This document shows, piece by piece, positions 28,880 to 39,527 of a stretch of DNA of 64,000 bases; the stretch's first letter is position 1, and every line of letters begins with the position of its first letter. Source of the stretch: a virus (Duplodnaviria; Caudoviricetes); the IMG/VR virus record IMGVR_UViG_3300021963_006915, positions 1 to 64,000 of that record; one strand, given 5' to 3'. The notes beneath the pieces were generated by a model. It did no database searches and had not been told where the DNA came from. It worked only from the letters and a program-made list of their open reading frames with translations. A program made the position numbers and the translations under genes.

Positions 28880-29710
28880 TTAAATCAATCCACTATCACC
28901 AAATCTTTTGGACCATCCTAAAAACGAACTTTTTGGATTACCATTGATTGTGGTTTTTGATAATATCAACATTTCAATAAACGCTTCGATCATAGATGGT
29001 TCATTTCTGGCAGCGTTGTAATTCCATCGTCTGTTATCATTATCAACTATCGATCCATTCCAATCTCCCAATTTGTCATACTTTTCAGTATAATGTAACT
29101 TTGGATAAAAAATTAGATTTGCATATGTACTCAGAGATGATTCGACTTCTTTTTCATCGGTACAAACAAATATCTTCTTGTTTTGGTTCTTATTAATGAA
29201 ATCCTTAGCAAATTCGATATTGGAATTTCTAGATGGAAAGTCTGATGCTCTTATATGTAAACCCAAGGTGTTTTTATCAATATTCTTCTCGGTTATAAAA
29301 CTATTAACTTGGTTCTTAATATAAGGGTTTATTTTTACCTGTTTATAACATTCATTCAATTCGTTAAGTGGTACCTGTATACTATTGGTCAAGAATGCAA
29401 ATGAGTCATGATTCTTAATAGGTTGATTCAAGAAAACACTACGATTGTATTTTATATCTTGTCTATGTGCATACAATGGAATTGACGGATTTAACTTTCT
29501 ATCTAACTCGGTCAATGTGTTTTCAATATAACCAAATTCAAACTCAAATAACAATCTAAGATCAAAGTCAGTGGAGTGATTTCTAAGATTGTTAATTATT
29601 AAACTCTTATGGTGTAGTTTTGAAAGATATATACCTTGAAATAACCCGTTAAACTTATTACCAAGTCCTCCATCTAATATTACTATAATTGAATTATTAT
29701 AGTTTAACAT
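28880..29710 (-). CDS. Fucosyltransferase-like glycosyltransferase (GT11/GT23-type)
   Basis: 'GGLGNK', 'GLHIRASD', 'IFVCTD', 'EMLILSK', 'SSF'. Confidence 0.7.
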   Translation of the reverse strand: MLNYNNSIIVILDGGLGNKFNGLFQGIYLSKLHHKSLIINNLRNHSTDFDLRLLFEFEFGYIENTLTELDRKLNPSIPLYAHRQDIKYNRSVFLNQPIKNHDSFAFLTNSIQVPLNELNECYKQVKINPYIKNQVNSFITEKNIDKNTLGLHIRASDFPSRNSNIEFAKDFINKNQNKKIFVCTDEKEVESSLSTYANLIFYPKLHYTEKYDKLGDWNGSIVDNDNRRWNYNAARNEPSMIEAFIEMLILSKTTINGNPKSSFLGWSKRFGDSGLI

Positions 29711-30489
29711 AGGTATATATTTTCATTACAACCACTTAGATACCAAGCAACTTCTGAATATGTACTTATTGTGCTAAGCACCATATGATTACCTTTTGAT
29801 AAAAGTACCATATCTATAAAATCATTTTCGTGACTTCGTTGTGAATGATCAGATATATACTGGATGAAATGCTTGTTTTTACATTGTAATTTTATGTAAT
29901 CACATTCGGATTGTGAGTCAGATGATATTAAAATATTTGTATCTTTTAAATCATTGATGTAATTAATACACGATTGTCGTCCACTATTTATCCAATTTTC
30001 ATGACGTTGTTGTGCATATCTGGACGATTTATCGTTTGGAAAGTTGTCAGCTTTGAAACTTCTGATATGTACAGAGCTATAATTACCATGTTTATCGATA
30101 AAATCATTTACTTTATCGTTAACTAAATCACTAAATTGCAATCTGGTTTCGAGTAAATTAATAATTTTTTGTCTAAAACTAACTGGTATTCTAAGATATT
30201 CGTGATCTACGTTTCTTCCGTTTACATCACAATTATGAAACCCTTTATCTGCGGTTGTATATTTACAAAAATTATCAGGTATATCTGTATCAGTTGGCAA
30301 TACAACTATCCTCCAAGTATTTAAAGGAATATATTGTTTGCCTGAATCAAGTTTACAAAGTGTTTTGTCGTTAAATACGTTATTGAAATATGAAAGATGA
30401 CCCTTCGAATCTGGGCTTAAACGCAATGCAGATATAAATTTTTTAATCTGATTGCCCATTCCTCCACCACCTGACGTAACATAACTCAT
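29704..30489 (-). CDS. Fucosyltransferase-like glycosyltransferase
   Basis: 'GGMGNQIK', 'VHIRS', 'ISSD', 'DMVLLSK', 'STYS'. Confidence 0.7.
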   Translation of the reverse strand: MSYVTSGGGGMGNQIKKFISALRLSPDSKGHLSYFNNVFNDKTLCKLDSGKQYIPLNTWRIVVLPTDTDIPDNFCKYTTADKGFHNCDVNGRNVDHEYLRIPVSFRQKIINLLETRLQFSDLVNDKVNDFIDKHGNYSSVHIRSFKADNFPNDKSSRYAQQRHENWINSGRQSCINYINDLKDTNILISSDSQSECDYIKLQCKNKHFIQYISDHSQRSHENDFIDMVLLSKGNHMVLSTISTYSEVAWYLSGCNENIYLC

Positions 30490-30490
30490 A

Positions 30491-31129
30491 TTATTTCTTT
30501 GAAAAGAATGACCAGTTCCACATACTTTCAAATACCAAGTTATGAGACTTCTTTAACTCATGTGTTATATTTTCATGTAGAGTCTCACCATTTTGTACAA
30601 AGTCGTGAAATTGAATTTGTAAATTTTTTATCTTGTTGATATGACCACTGCTAATGATTCTAGGCAGTATTTCATATTCAATGCCTTCAATATTAATCTT
30701 AAGCAAATCTACACGATCATACTCATTCAATATTTGTACAACATCACGGATTGTAATTTGTTCTGGTGGTTCATGTGCAAACTTAGCAACATTACGTTGA
30801 TATGAATCATTTTTATCGTTCTTTTTCTTCTGATCCGCATATTCACCAATCGCACTACCTTCATCACACACATGTATATGCGTAATACCATCTTTAGTAC
30901 TAACTCCACAATTGGATGGAATTAAATTTGGGTTATTTTTCTTAACGATTTCATTATAATAACGATTGACTGCTTCGTATATATAAACTTTACATCCATA
31001 CTTGTTAGCGATCTTTTCTGCGAATCCACCCGTGAATCCACCAAAGTCTAGTACAATACTATCTTTATTTAGATCATAAGTATAACGCATGTTTTCGTAT
31101 GTGGAATTCCAGTTACCTCTAGTTTTCAT
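30491..31129 (-). CDS. FkbM-family methyltransferase
   Basis: 'VLDFGGFTG', 'YEAV', 'LLKINIEGIEY', 'QIQFH'. Confidence 0.85.
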   Translation of the reverse strand: MKTRGNWNSTYENMRYTYDLNKDSIVLDFGGFTGGFAEKIANKYGCKVYIYEAVNRYYNEIVKKNNPNLIPSNCGVSTKDGITHIHVCDEGSAIGEYADQKKKNDKNDSYQRNVAKFAHEPPEQITIRDVVQILNEYDRVDLLKINIEGIEYEILPRIISSGHINKIKNLQIQFHDFVQNGETLHENITHELKKSHNLVFESMWNWSFFSKK

Positions 31130-32445
31130 GATAAATTTTTATTTGCTTGAAACCCAATTTTTTTGTTTTGTTCAAACGGGAAATTATTTTTCAATAAATA
31201 TTCGTGGATAACATGCTTATACTTTTTATTTTTTACGTCCACTGACAAATTCAAATATTCTTGAACCAAGTCTAAATCCAAAAATGGATATCTAGATTCT
31301 ATACCAAACGAACCCGCAACATATTCTTCTTTTGATATATAAAGTTCTTGAGTGCCTTTGAAGAAGTTTCTCCACGGAAAGACTAATTTTAGATCGGATG
31401 GGAACTTACCACCGAATGTACTATGACCATAGATTTTATTGCCGTTCATACCATAGTCAGATATGATCTCATCCGCACCTTGACCAGATATATAGATCTT
31501 TCTACTATCTCTTTGAGCCAATGTACAAATGTGAGCCAATCCATAACATGCTTTATCGGATCTTATGTTAATACCCAAATCTTCACACGTAAAATCTTCA
31601 CATTTAATACCAAATAAATTTGCAGATTGATAATCAAATTCGGACTTTTTAAGATTAATCAACTCTTTGTTTTTGATAATATTAAATCGTTGTTTGATTA
31701 TATCAATATTTTCAGACGCAGCAACACTATATGCTTTATAATCAATGCCAGTTTTATTCAACGCACAACTTATAATTCCACTATCATACCCACTACTAAG
31801 TCCAATAAAGAACTTCTTATCGGCAGAAAACTTGGTTCGTTTTTCAATAGCTTTATCAAACTTAGATATCCAACCATCTACACTATTTTTGTACTGATCA
31901 AGATTGAAGTTAGTAATGGTTCTGGTAGTTAATTGACCAGATTTAATATCATAGATGTATGTTGTATTGGCTTCTACCTTATTTGCTTTCTTAAAATTTG
32001 ATAACAAGATAGGAGATGTATATGTAGAAACAGATATAGATTTTCCTTCAATACTATAAAATAGTGGTTTGGTTCTAAAAGTATCTGATGAGAATATGAT
32101 TCGATTGGTATTTAAATCCAAGATCAAAATAGCATATTCACCATCTAATTTGCTAGTAAACTCTGGTCCATACTTTTGATACAGATCAATAATAACATCA
32201 CTATCACACTTTGCATTTGAATCAAAGTCTTTAAAATTATAAATTTCTCCGTTGAATAATAAATGAATATCGTTCTTGTTAAGAGGTTGAGTTGTAAATT
32301 GACCTGTTAAACTCAACAGATTGTGAACCAATGTATATCCATCAACTTCTACTAAATTGGTATAGTCTGGTCCTCTGGGTTTTAAAAACTTGTTTAATTC
32401 TTCAAGATTACCTAGATATTGATTACTAAAATAAAAACTACACAT
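31126..32445 (-). CDS. Asparagine synthetase-like glutamine amidotransferase
   Basis: N-terminal Cys, 'RGPD', 'FNGEIYN', 'LSSGYDS', 'SGQGADE', 'RYPFLD'. Confidence 0.9.
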   Translation of the reverse strand: MCSFYFSNQYLGNLEELNKFLKPRGPDYTNLVEVDGYTLVHNLLSLTGQFTTQPLNKNDIHLLFNGEIYNFKDFDSNAKCDSDVIIDLYQKYGPEFTSKLDGEYAILILDLNTNRIIFSSDTFRTKPLFYSIEGKSISVSTYTSPILLSNFKKANKVEANTTYIYDIKSGQLTTRTITNFNLDQYKNSVDGWISKFDKAIEKRTKFSADKKFFIGLSSGYDSGIISCALNKTGIDYKAYSVAASENIDIIKQRFNIIKNKELINLKKSEFDYQSANLFGIKCEDFTCEDLGINIRSDKACYGLAHICTLAQRDSRKIYISGQGADEIISDYGMNGNKIYGHSTFGGKFPSDLKLVFPWRNFFKGTQELYISKEEYVAGSFGIESRYPFLDLDLVQEYLNLSVDVKNKKYKHVIHEYLLKNNFPFEQNKKIGFQANKNLS

Positions 32446-33128
32446 TATACAATAGATTTTAAATTTTCCAGTCTCTTTTTTACCAATTCGACCGCATCTC
32501 CAACTCTAGTACCTTTGAAATGTAAGATTCTAGCTTCTGGTGGTGGAGATTGAAAGTTGATACAACTAATTGTAGTATCCTGTACCTCTTGAATTGCAAT
32601 CTTATCCTTCATTATTGGTATGGTTTTTACCAATGCAGTTGTTTCCTTCGGAATGTTTGGTATAAGACTCATTTGATGCCTCCAAGCGTCGATGAATGGA
32701 ATACATCTTGATGGGTTAATTAAACCAACAAATGATGCAATATATGGAGAATTATGTACTCGTTTAGTTACCAAAATATCTTTGGATGTATCAACAACGT
32801 CAATAAATTCTTTTAGAAAATAACAATCAACATCCACCAAGAAAATTGGTTGATTTGATTTTGTAGCTAAGTCACGAAGAAACTGCGTCTTTAAATCTAT
32901 GTTTTGTTGCCAACCACTATCCCAAATATTTTGAGTTTTAATCGGGGTAGAATATTTAGCAATTTTAACTCTACTATCTTTAAAAATAGGATCATCTTTA
33001 AAGTTTTCTCCAGTATATAGAATAATTAACTGATCAAGATTATTACACTTTTCAAGCGCAGACTTTGTAAAATAGTACAAAAAATCAAGATAGATATCAT
33101 TAACAACGGTGCAAATTGTATATTTCAT
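32445..33128 (-). CDS. Nucleotide-diphospho-sugar transferase (GT-A)
   Basis: DxD motif 'LVDVD', C-terminal 'ILHFKG'. Confidence 0.65.
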   Translation of the reverse strand: MKYTICTVVNDIYLDFLYYFTKSALEKCNNLDQLIILYTGENFKDDPIFKDSRVKIAKYSTPIKTQNIWDSGWQQNIDLKTQFLRDLATKSNQPIFLVDVDCYFLKEFIDVVDTSKDILVTKRVHNSPYIASFVGLINPSRCIPFIDAWRHQMSLIPNIPKETTALVKTIPIMKDKIAIQEVQDTTISCINFQSPPPEARILHFKGTRVGDAVELVKKRLENLKSIV

Positions 33129-33131
33129 AAC

Positions 33132-33899
33132 TCAATATAACTTGTTATAGGTTTTGCTCATATAGTACTCAACCTTATTACCATAACTAGTATCAGGAAT
33201 ACCATTAAAATGATAAACCCATCCATAATCTGTAAACACCAAATCATCGGTTAGTCCTTCTGTTAGAAATAACCCCATCATGTTATACTCATATGGTAGG
33301 ATGTTTACATCAACGTTTCTCATTTGTAGTAAGAAATTCATTGGTGTTTGATCTGTACCCAACTTGATTGTGGATTCTAATTGATAGATACGTTCACGAT
33401 TTTCAAGATAAAATTGCTTGAGATAGTCTAGATGTTCTTTGTGTGACTCATTGAATATTTGAAATCCACCATTAATATACTTCCAAACATCCAACTTATA
33501 ATCATTAAATAATAACTTGCTATAACACTCTGTGCTACGAATAACCCATTCATATACAACACCATCATGTACACCTGTATATTTGTTGTTGGTCATTTCA
33601 AAGAAGTTAGGACAATTTGGATGTACAATAGTGTCTGCATCAACGATCAATACTTGATTATACTTAATATTGCTTTGTTCCAATAAGTCCAACGCATAAT
33701 AACGTTGCCACGCCAAACTGGTAACATTGGTATCCATCAATGGTTCATCAAGTACAACAACTTGACAATCATGCTTTTTAGCAAAATGCTTCCAACTATT
33801 TATGCTATATTCATAAATTTTATTAATCAGTGGAGTATTACGAAGCTTCTTTTCGTTGTTAGAAGAAACAACGGCTGGTATTAAAATGATATTTTTCAT
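33132..33899 (-). CDS. Glycosyltransferase, GT8-like
   Basis: 'VDADT', 'YINGG', 'TDQT', 'YHFNG'. Confidence 0.75.
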   Translation of the reverse strand: MKNIILIPAVVSSNNEKKLRNTPLINKIYEYSINSWKHFAKKHDCQVVVLDEPLMDTNVTSLAWQRYYALDLLEQSNIKYNQVLIVDADTIVHPNCPNFFEMTNNKYTGVHDGVVYEWVIRSTECYSKLLFNDYKLDVWKYINGGFQIFNESHKEHLDYLKQFYLENRERIYQLESTIKLGTDQTPMNFLLQMRNVDVNILPYEYNMMGLFLTEGLTDDLVFTDYGWVYHFNGIPDTSYGNKVEYYMSKTYNKLY

Positions 33900-34657
33900 T
33901 TGTAGAATTGATTTATATTGTTCCAAACATCATTGATTAGATTGTTTCTGTCTTGAATAGGAATGCCTGTAAAGTGCCAAATATAACCATACTTAAACAA
34001 AAATGTGGTTTTATCATCCAACTTATCATTGTGCCATAACATTCCCTTCTTTACCATTCCAACCGTATTCCAACAATATGGAAGTGTTTTTCTCTTGATA
34101 CCTTCTTTGACCAAGAACAGGTTCAATATGGATTGTTCCTTACCAACACCCGGAATACTCCAATTGTCCATTTTGTCTTTGTTGGTCAAATAAAAGTTCT
34201 TGAGTTTTTCAAAAAATGGTTTGTGTGATTTATGGAAAAATAATACTCCACCATTAATATATTGAGATAATGTCATTGGAACATCAGACAACTCTTCAAA
34301 TGAAGATTTAAAAGCCTTTAGACTTTTATCAATCCACTGAATCGAAACATTATCCAATACACCGCAGAATTCATCGTCGTATAAATCAAAGATATTAGGA
34401 GCATCCCACTTGATCATTGTATCAAAGTCAACCACACCTATTTTTTCATAACTATCTCCTACATAGTCAAACACAAATTCTTTGTGCCAAACACTATACT
34501 TAACGTCTGGTCGCTTGCTTCTGATTACATAAAAGTCAATATTATGCTTGTCGCAATAATATTGCCAACTATTGATAGTGTGTTCAAAATAACTCTTATG
34601 AGAATGTTTAGACAATTCATCCTCAATAGCGACCATTAATATGCAATTCTTAGCCAT
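33896..34657 (-). CDS. Glycosyltransferase, GT8-like (paralog of the adjacent gene)
   Basis: 'VDFDT', 'YINGG', 'EQS', 'WHFTG'. Confidence 0.75.
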   Translation of the reverse strand: MAKNCILMVAIEDELSKHSHKSYFEHTINSWQYYCDKHNIDFYVIRSKRPDVKYSVWHKEFVFDYVGDSYEKIGVVDFDTMIKWDAPNIFDLYDDEFCGVLDNVSIQWIDKSLKAFKSSFEELSDVPMTLSQYINGGVLFFHKSHKPFFEKLKNFYLTNKDKMDNWSIPGVGKEQSILNLFLVKEGIKRKTLPYCWNTVGMVKKGMLWHNDKLDDKTTFLFKYGYIWHFTGIPIQDRNNLINDVWNNINQFYK

Positions 34658-35456
34658 TTCGTTTTACCATTTGTTCGTTACTCTTTAATACGGTCTTCAA
34701 GATGGATAGATCCACACCAAGTTTATCTCCATATCCAACCATAGCCTTTGTATCTTTTGGTAAACACTTGCCACCAAAACCACGTTCATTAGCAAATACA
34801 GCTGTATGAGACTTGTTGGTTCTTGGATCTAACAACCATAGATCACGTACTTCACTCCAATGTGTGCCACTCTTTTCACACAAATCATATAGTTCATTTA
34901 CAAATGCAACCTTCATTGCAAAGTAAGTGTTTTCTACATACTTGGTGATTTCTGCACTAATACTATCGGTGACACGATATGTCTTGCTTGGACCAGTAAT
35001 TGGCATATAAATGTCAACCAATCTATGTCCAACTGATTTATCATCTGATCCAAAGATAAAGAATGGGGTTTGCTTAACATCAGTTGTAAAACCTTGTGGA
35101 GTCCAGTATTTGGACTCACCGGCAAACTCTGGACTGAAAACAATCTTCTTGTTATACTTTTCAATCAACTTACGAGTTGTACCAATTTCAATAGTTGACT
35201 TGATAAGAATGATTGGATTGGTCATCCATGATACAGATTCTTCAACAATGCTTGTATCACAACTACCATCTGTATTTGATGGGGTTGGCACACAAACTAC
35301 ACCCAATTCACACTGATTGATTTCTTCCTTGGATACAGAGTTTGGATAAAGTGGATCACGGATTACAACTTCATAATGATCTTTGAAAAATGCATGAAAC
35401 GCTTTTCCTACATATCCATAACCAACGATACCAATTTTAGTTTTTGATTTGCTCAT
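34650..35456 (-). CDS. UDP-glucose/GDP-mannose dehydrogenase family protein (short form)
   Basis: 'GYGYVG', 'CVPTP', 'IKST', 'SPEF', 'KYVEN', 'GFGGKCLPKD'. Confidence 0.88.
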   Translation of the reverse strand: MSKSKTKIGIVGYGYVGKAFHAFFKDHYEVVIRDPLYPNSVSKEEINQCELGVVCVPTPSNTDGSCDTSIVEESVSWMTNPIILIKSTIEIGTTRKLIEKYNKKIVFSPEFAGESKYWTPQGFTTDVKQTPFFIFGSDDKSVGHRLVDIYMPITGPSKTYRVTDSISAEITKYVENTYFAMKVAFVNELYDLCEKSGTHWSEVRDLWLLDPRTNKSHTAVFANERGFGGKCLPKDTKAMVGYGDKLGVDLSILKTVLKSNEQMVKRNG

Positions 35457-36387
35457 ATATTGTTTTCCAATTATCTAACCATTTTTGTTCTGTATAATAT
35501 ATTTGATATAATTCTCTAGATTGTTGTGAACACGAATTATAAAAAGAAATGTCGTCTTTAAGTTTATTTGCTAGCTTTTTTGCTTGTTCAATATCACCAA
35601 TATCCACAGATAACTCTGGGTGTAATATTTGTTGTGTATCTAATCCTTTATATCCGATACATGGTATACCCAAATAAGCGCAGTTTAGTGCGAATGTACC
35701 AGCTGCATGTGTACGCATCAAATGTATACCCACATTAAAATTAGCGAGTGCTTTAATCCATTCATTCCACATCATGTATGGTAAATGATGTAAACTAGGA
35801 AATTGATCTTCGTTTTCTATTTTACGACCCATACTTGGTATAAAGATGGGTTTGTTGAATACTTGCGCTACAAAGTAACTATCTATACCACCATACCAAC
35901 TACAAAAGTTACCACCGATAATAGGCATCTTGTTGTTTTCACGGGGTACATCTTTGATAGTATCTTCAATCATAAGAGATTGTAGATTGAATGAAGGTTT
36001 ATTAAATACACCTTTGAAGTATGAAATATCACTAGTATTGTGAGTTAGTAGAAAATCCATCTCACTCACAAAGTTAATATAATTAACTTGGTTGACATAA
36101 TTATAATCTTGATAGTACCAAGCTGGTCCTTCTTGCATAACAGTTACCTTCTTACCAGAAGATTTGACACTTTCTAATAACATATTTGTGTCAACAATTT
36201 CAAGTTTCTTGGGTAACAAAACTATAATTAAATCATAACTTTTATTTTTGTTAGATAAAAACCACTCTTGAAAGTTATAGTGATCGGCATTCAAAGCAAT
36301 TTGCCACGCAAACTCTGTTCTACAATTTACAAAGTTTCTTGGTAACTTACCACTATGACCATTTTGACTGATAAAACAAATGTTCAT
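35437..36387 (-). CDS. Glycosyltransferase-like protein (GT-B)
   Basis: C-terminal 'AGTFALNCAYLGIPCIG' is GT4-like. Confidence 0.6.
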   Translation of the reverse strand: MNICFISQNGHSGKLPRNFVNCRTEFAWQIALNADHYNFQEWFLSNKNKSYDLIIVLLPKKLEIVDTNMLLESVKSSGKKVTVMQEGPAWYYQDYNYVNQVNYINFVSEMDFLLTHNTSDISYFKGVFNKPSFNLQSLMIEDTIKDVPRENNKMPIIGGNFCSWYGGIDSYFVAQVFNKPIFIPSMGRKIENEDQFPSLHHLPYMMWNEWIKALANFNVGIHLMRTHAAGTFALNCAYLGIPCIGYKGLDTQQILHPELSVDIGDIEQAKKLANKLKDDISFYNSCSQQSRELYQIYYTEQKWLDNWKTIYEQIKN

Positions 36388-36950
36388 ACTTCGATACAAA
36401 TTACTCCTTCCCAATCATGTAATGGCCTGGTGAACTTTTCTTCATCACTATAACCAATCTTGACAATTGGTTTAATAACATTTTTTTCAAAAAGATCATT
36501 GAGTGAGTTGATAATTTCTGGATAAGCGCCCACATCGTCAAAGATGAAGTACTTCTTACCGTCCGATTTTAACTTTAAGGCATTATATACGTCTATTTGG
36601 ACCGCATCGTAGGTGTGGAGAGCATCCACCATAATTACATCGGCAGTATCAACAGGAAGCCCGTATTTGTATACATCTTGACCAAAGAACTTGACGTTGG
36701 TTCTACCATTTTGTTTACAAAACTCATCTGCTTTGTCAAATTCCTTTTCATTGATTCCATATACTTGGTTAAATAGGTAACTTAAAATAAAAGTGGTATA
36801 ACCCAAATTGGATCCAATTTCCAAAGCAGTTTTGTTTTTGAACTCGGGTTTATCAAAGAATGCAAACACATCACGCTTAAACTTTTTTGAAGTAGTGGTC
36901 TTGTGTTCAAACTTGTCTGGTACCAAAGATAGTATTTCGTCTATAGTCAT
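36384..36950 (-). CDS. SAM methyltransferase
   Basis: 'LEIGSNLG', 'VDALHTY', 'IFDD'. Confidence 0.8.
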   Translation of the reverse strand: MTIDEILSLVPDKFEHKTTTSKKFKRDVFAFFDKPEFKNKTALEIGSNLGYTTFILSYLFNQVYGINEKEFDKADEFCKQNGRTNVKFFGQDVYKYGLPVDTADVIMVDALHTYDAVQIDVYNALKLKSDGKKYFIFDDVGAYPEIINSLNDLFEKNVIKPIVKIGYSDEEKFTRPLHDWEGVICIEV

Positions 36951-37960
36951 AGGTTTATTTTATCAAAAACGTCTTTAAAGGTAAAGAACTTATTTTGGGA
37001 GTTAATTATATTATGAAGATTGAATTTGGAATGTTGATCCAATACATTTGACCACTTACCTTTTCTATCACCACAAAAACCTCTGGGGTTATCTTCGTTT
37101 AAAATATATAAACGCTTATTGGGATGTCTTCTGGCATGAACCTTTAAAATATTCTTTACCACGTACTGAATAAACTTGTCACCCATGATTTGTTTGGCAA
37201 TAACACCAATACTAGAATCATCACCATACAACAACAAACTATGTGGAAGATTAACACCCGATTTAATTAGGTCCGATGATAATACCAAACAACTACCATC
37301 AATCTTTGGTTGAGATAGTGTACGAATATCAAATTCAGTTGTTTTTGCATTTATTGCATTCATTTCCTCTATACTCAATTGAGACTTAGCATAGTTTTTA
37401 TTATTTACTTGATCTGGTGTATCAATAAACTTAACATTTTCGTAGTCAACATGTTCTGTTACTTTCCAAGAATCATCCCACATTTTACGATCTGCGAAGC
37501 TAATAATATACTTGTGTATATTGGTATGTGATCCATAATATGCAATGCTTTCGATTACATTAAATGCTTCCTTTGGAAAGAAACTATCAGTCTCACCCCA
37601 CATAATATAATCAACCTTTTTACAATAATTGTAATTAAGGTCTCTTCTGTAGTCAGCTACATTGTAAATTTCATCCGAGTCCGTTTTTAACTCAATTACT
37701 AAATTTTGATCAAGAATACCTACGTCTTTGAGTTTTTGTATACCATCATAAAACTTATCGGATAGTTGATGTACATCAATCTTTGAGGTATCAATCTTTT
37801 CAAAATATTGAGAAGTATTGAAACAAAAGTGTAGATAAATGTTTTCTTTGTTTTGTATTGGGTCAATTAGATTAATCAATCCATCAACAAACTCCTTGTA
37901 CATTTCTATTTCATAGAACATGACATGAGTACCTATGACATATTTTTTTGATAGTTTCAT
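36947..37960 (-). CDS. Glycosyltransferase-like protein (GT-A)
   Basis: 'WGETD' at the DxD position, 'GDD', operon context. Confidence 0.5.
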   Translation of the reverse strand: MKLSKKYVIGTHVMFYEIEMYKEFVDGLINLIDPIQNKENIYLHFCFNTSQYFEKIDTSKIDVHQLSDKFYDGIQKLKDVGILDQNLVIELKTDSDEIYNVADYRRDLNYNYCKKVDYIMWGETDSFFPKEAFNVIESIAYYGSHTNIHKYIISFADRKMWDDSWKVTEHVDYENVKFIDTPDQVNNKNYAKSQLSIEEMNAINAKTTEFDIRTLSQPKIDGSCLVLSSDLIKSGVNLPHSLLLYGDDSSIGVIAKQIMGDKFIQYVVKNILKVHARRHPNKRLYILNEDNPRGFCGDRKGKWSNVLDQHSKFNLHNIINSQNKFFTFKDVFDKINL

Positions 37961-38958
37961 TATGACAATATATTCTTAATTACATGATTAACGATGTAGT
38001 TATCTGCGGATTTATGATAAAATACATCACGTTGATGATTTAATAAATTTATACTATAATCGTAGTTTGACAATGCAAATCCAACAACATCTTTTAAATC
38101 AGAGAAATCAGACTTACAATCCAATGTAAATCCATCTCCATAAATAAATGGAGTACTTTTTACACATTCAATATTTGGTTTAATAGTAGGAGTTCCAGCA
38201 ACAATACATTCAACTTCTCTGATATTTACTTCTCCATAACCAAATGGAGATATACAAAGTTTGCTATCATACAGAGTTTGCATGTATTTTTGTTTGTCTA
38301 ACTTACCAGTAACTTCAGTGGTAATTACATTACAATCAAGTTTCTTGACTTCTTCAAATAGTTTTCTACGAGGACCATTGTAATATTCGTCCACACGATT
38401 ACCATGTTCATAGTTCTCTGGACATAGACCAATGAGTACAGCAACGTCGTGTTTTTTGTTTTTATTGATCTTGGCAAATTCCATCTTGTTACCAAATGTA
38501 TTTAACCAATTTGTGCCACTATGTACCAATCGTTCATTCAATAATTCTAGGTCAGTAGATGGTACACTATATCCATTGTCATCTTCACCCCAAAACCATC
38601 TACCATTTGGAAACTTCTTGGTATAAGATGAATAATCTTTCAATACAACGTTTTTTGCTAGTTTAAAGCCTGGCACTTTGCTAAAAACATCCCATACTCC
38701 CATCAAAGAAGATGAATCTTGACCATCAAATAACACATATGGAGCATCTAAATTTTCTAGAAACTTACATCCAAGATCAACTGATTCTTGAAGAGACACT
38801 TTTTTATTTACAACAGATGCTTGACCAACCCAATACATGTCTGGGTTTTCATTTACGAATTCAATACCATATTCATTAAATGTTTGTATTGCACTTAGAT
38901 ATGGTCTAAATGTGGTTTCGTTACGATGCTTTTCTAGTTCTAATATTTGAATTTTCAC
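37960..38958 (-). CDS. Glycosyltransferase-like protein (GT-B)
   Basis: 'SKLCISPFGYGE..IREVECIVAG' signature; GTG start overlaps the upstream TGA. Confidence 0.65.
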   Translation of the reverse strand: MKIQILELEKHRNETTFRPYLSAIQTFNEYGIEFVNENPDMYWVGQASVVNKKVSLQESVDLGCKFLENLDAPYVLFDGQDSSSLMGVWDVFSKVPGFKLAKNVVLKDYSSYTKKFPNGRWFWGEDDNGYSVPSTDLELLNERLVHSGTNWLNTFGNKMEFAKINKNKKHDVAVLIGLCPENYEHGNRVDEYYNGPRRKLFEEVKKLDCNVITTEVTGKLDKQKYMQTLYDSKLCISPFGYGEVNIREVECIVAGTPTIKPNIECVKSTPFIYGDGFTLDCKSDFSDLKDVVGFALSNYDYSINLLNHQRDVFYHKSADNYIVNHVIKNILS

Positions 38959-39527
38959 GTTTGAATACAAATTACACCCTCATAGTCTGATAGTGGTGAT
39001 GTAAATTGTTTGTTGGGTTCATAACCAATATATTTAACAACTTTTATCTTACCAGTACTAATCAAAGTATTTACTGCACTTTTAACTGGGGCACAAATGC
39101 CATAGTCATCATAAATAATATATTTCTTATAATCTGATTGTACATTATTTAAACAATTAAGTGTATCTTTAATTACCGCATCATGTTCGTGCAACGCATC
39201 TATAAAGAATACATCGCCACGTTCTAATGGTAAAGGTCCACTATATAAGTCATGACATACGAACTTAATATTATCAATTCCATCTACAAACTTTTTTGCA
39301 CTATTGATACGACCTTCACTAATTTCAAATCCCACTAATTGTTTAAATAAGTGACTCAATAGATATGAAGAATGACCATTATATACTCCTAATTCAACAC
39401 AAATACGATCTTTAAACTCGGGTTTATTAAAGAATTCATATAGATCAGACTTAAACTTTTGTGACGTAGTATTTCTACATTCAAATTTGTCTGGAATTTT
39501 ATTCAATATTTCGGCCAATGTTTTCAT
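38955..39527 (-). CDS. SAM methyltransferase (paralog of 36384-36950)
   Basis: 'VELGVYNG', 'IDALH', 'YDDYG'; shares 'PDKFE..TTS.KFK' and 'EGVICI'. Confidence 0.8.
   Translation of the reverse strand: MKTLAEILNKIPDKFECRNTTSQKFKSDLYEFFNKPEFKDRICVELGVYNGHSSYLLSHLFKQLVGFEISEGRINSAKKFVDGIDNIKFVCHDLYSGPLPLERGDVFFIDALHEHDAVIKDTLNCLNNVQSDYKKYIIYDDYGICAPVKSAVNTLISTGKIKVVKYIGYEPNKQFTSPLSDYEGVICIQT

Noticed and set aside
36384-39527. Diversity-generating retroelement template/variable repeat pair
   Set aside because: The paralogs differ at all base types and no reverse transcriptase is present.
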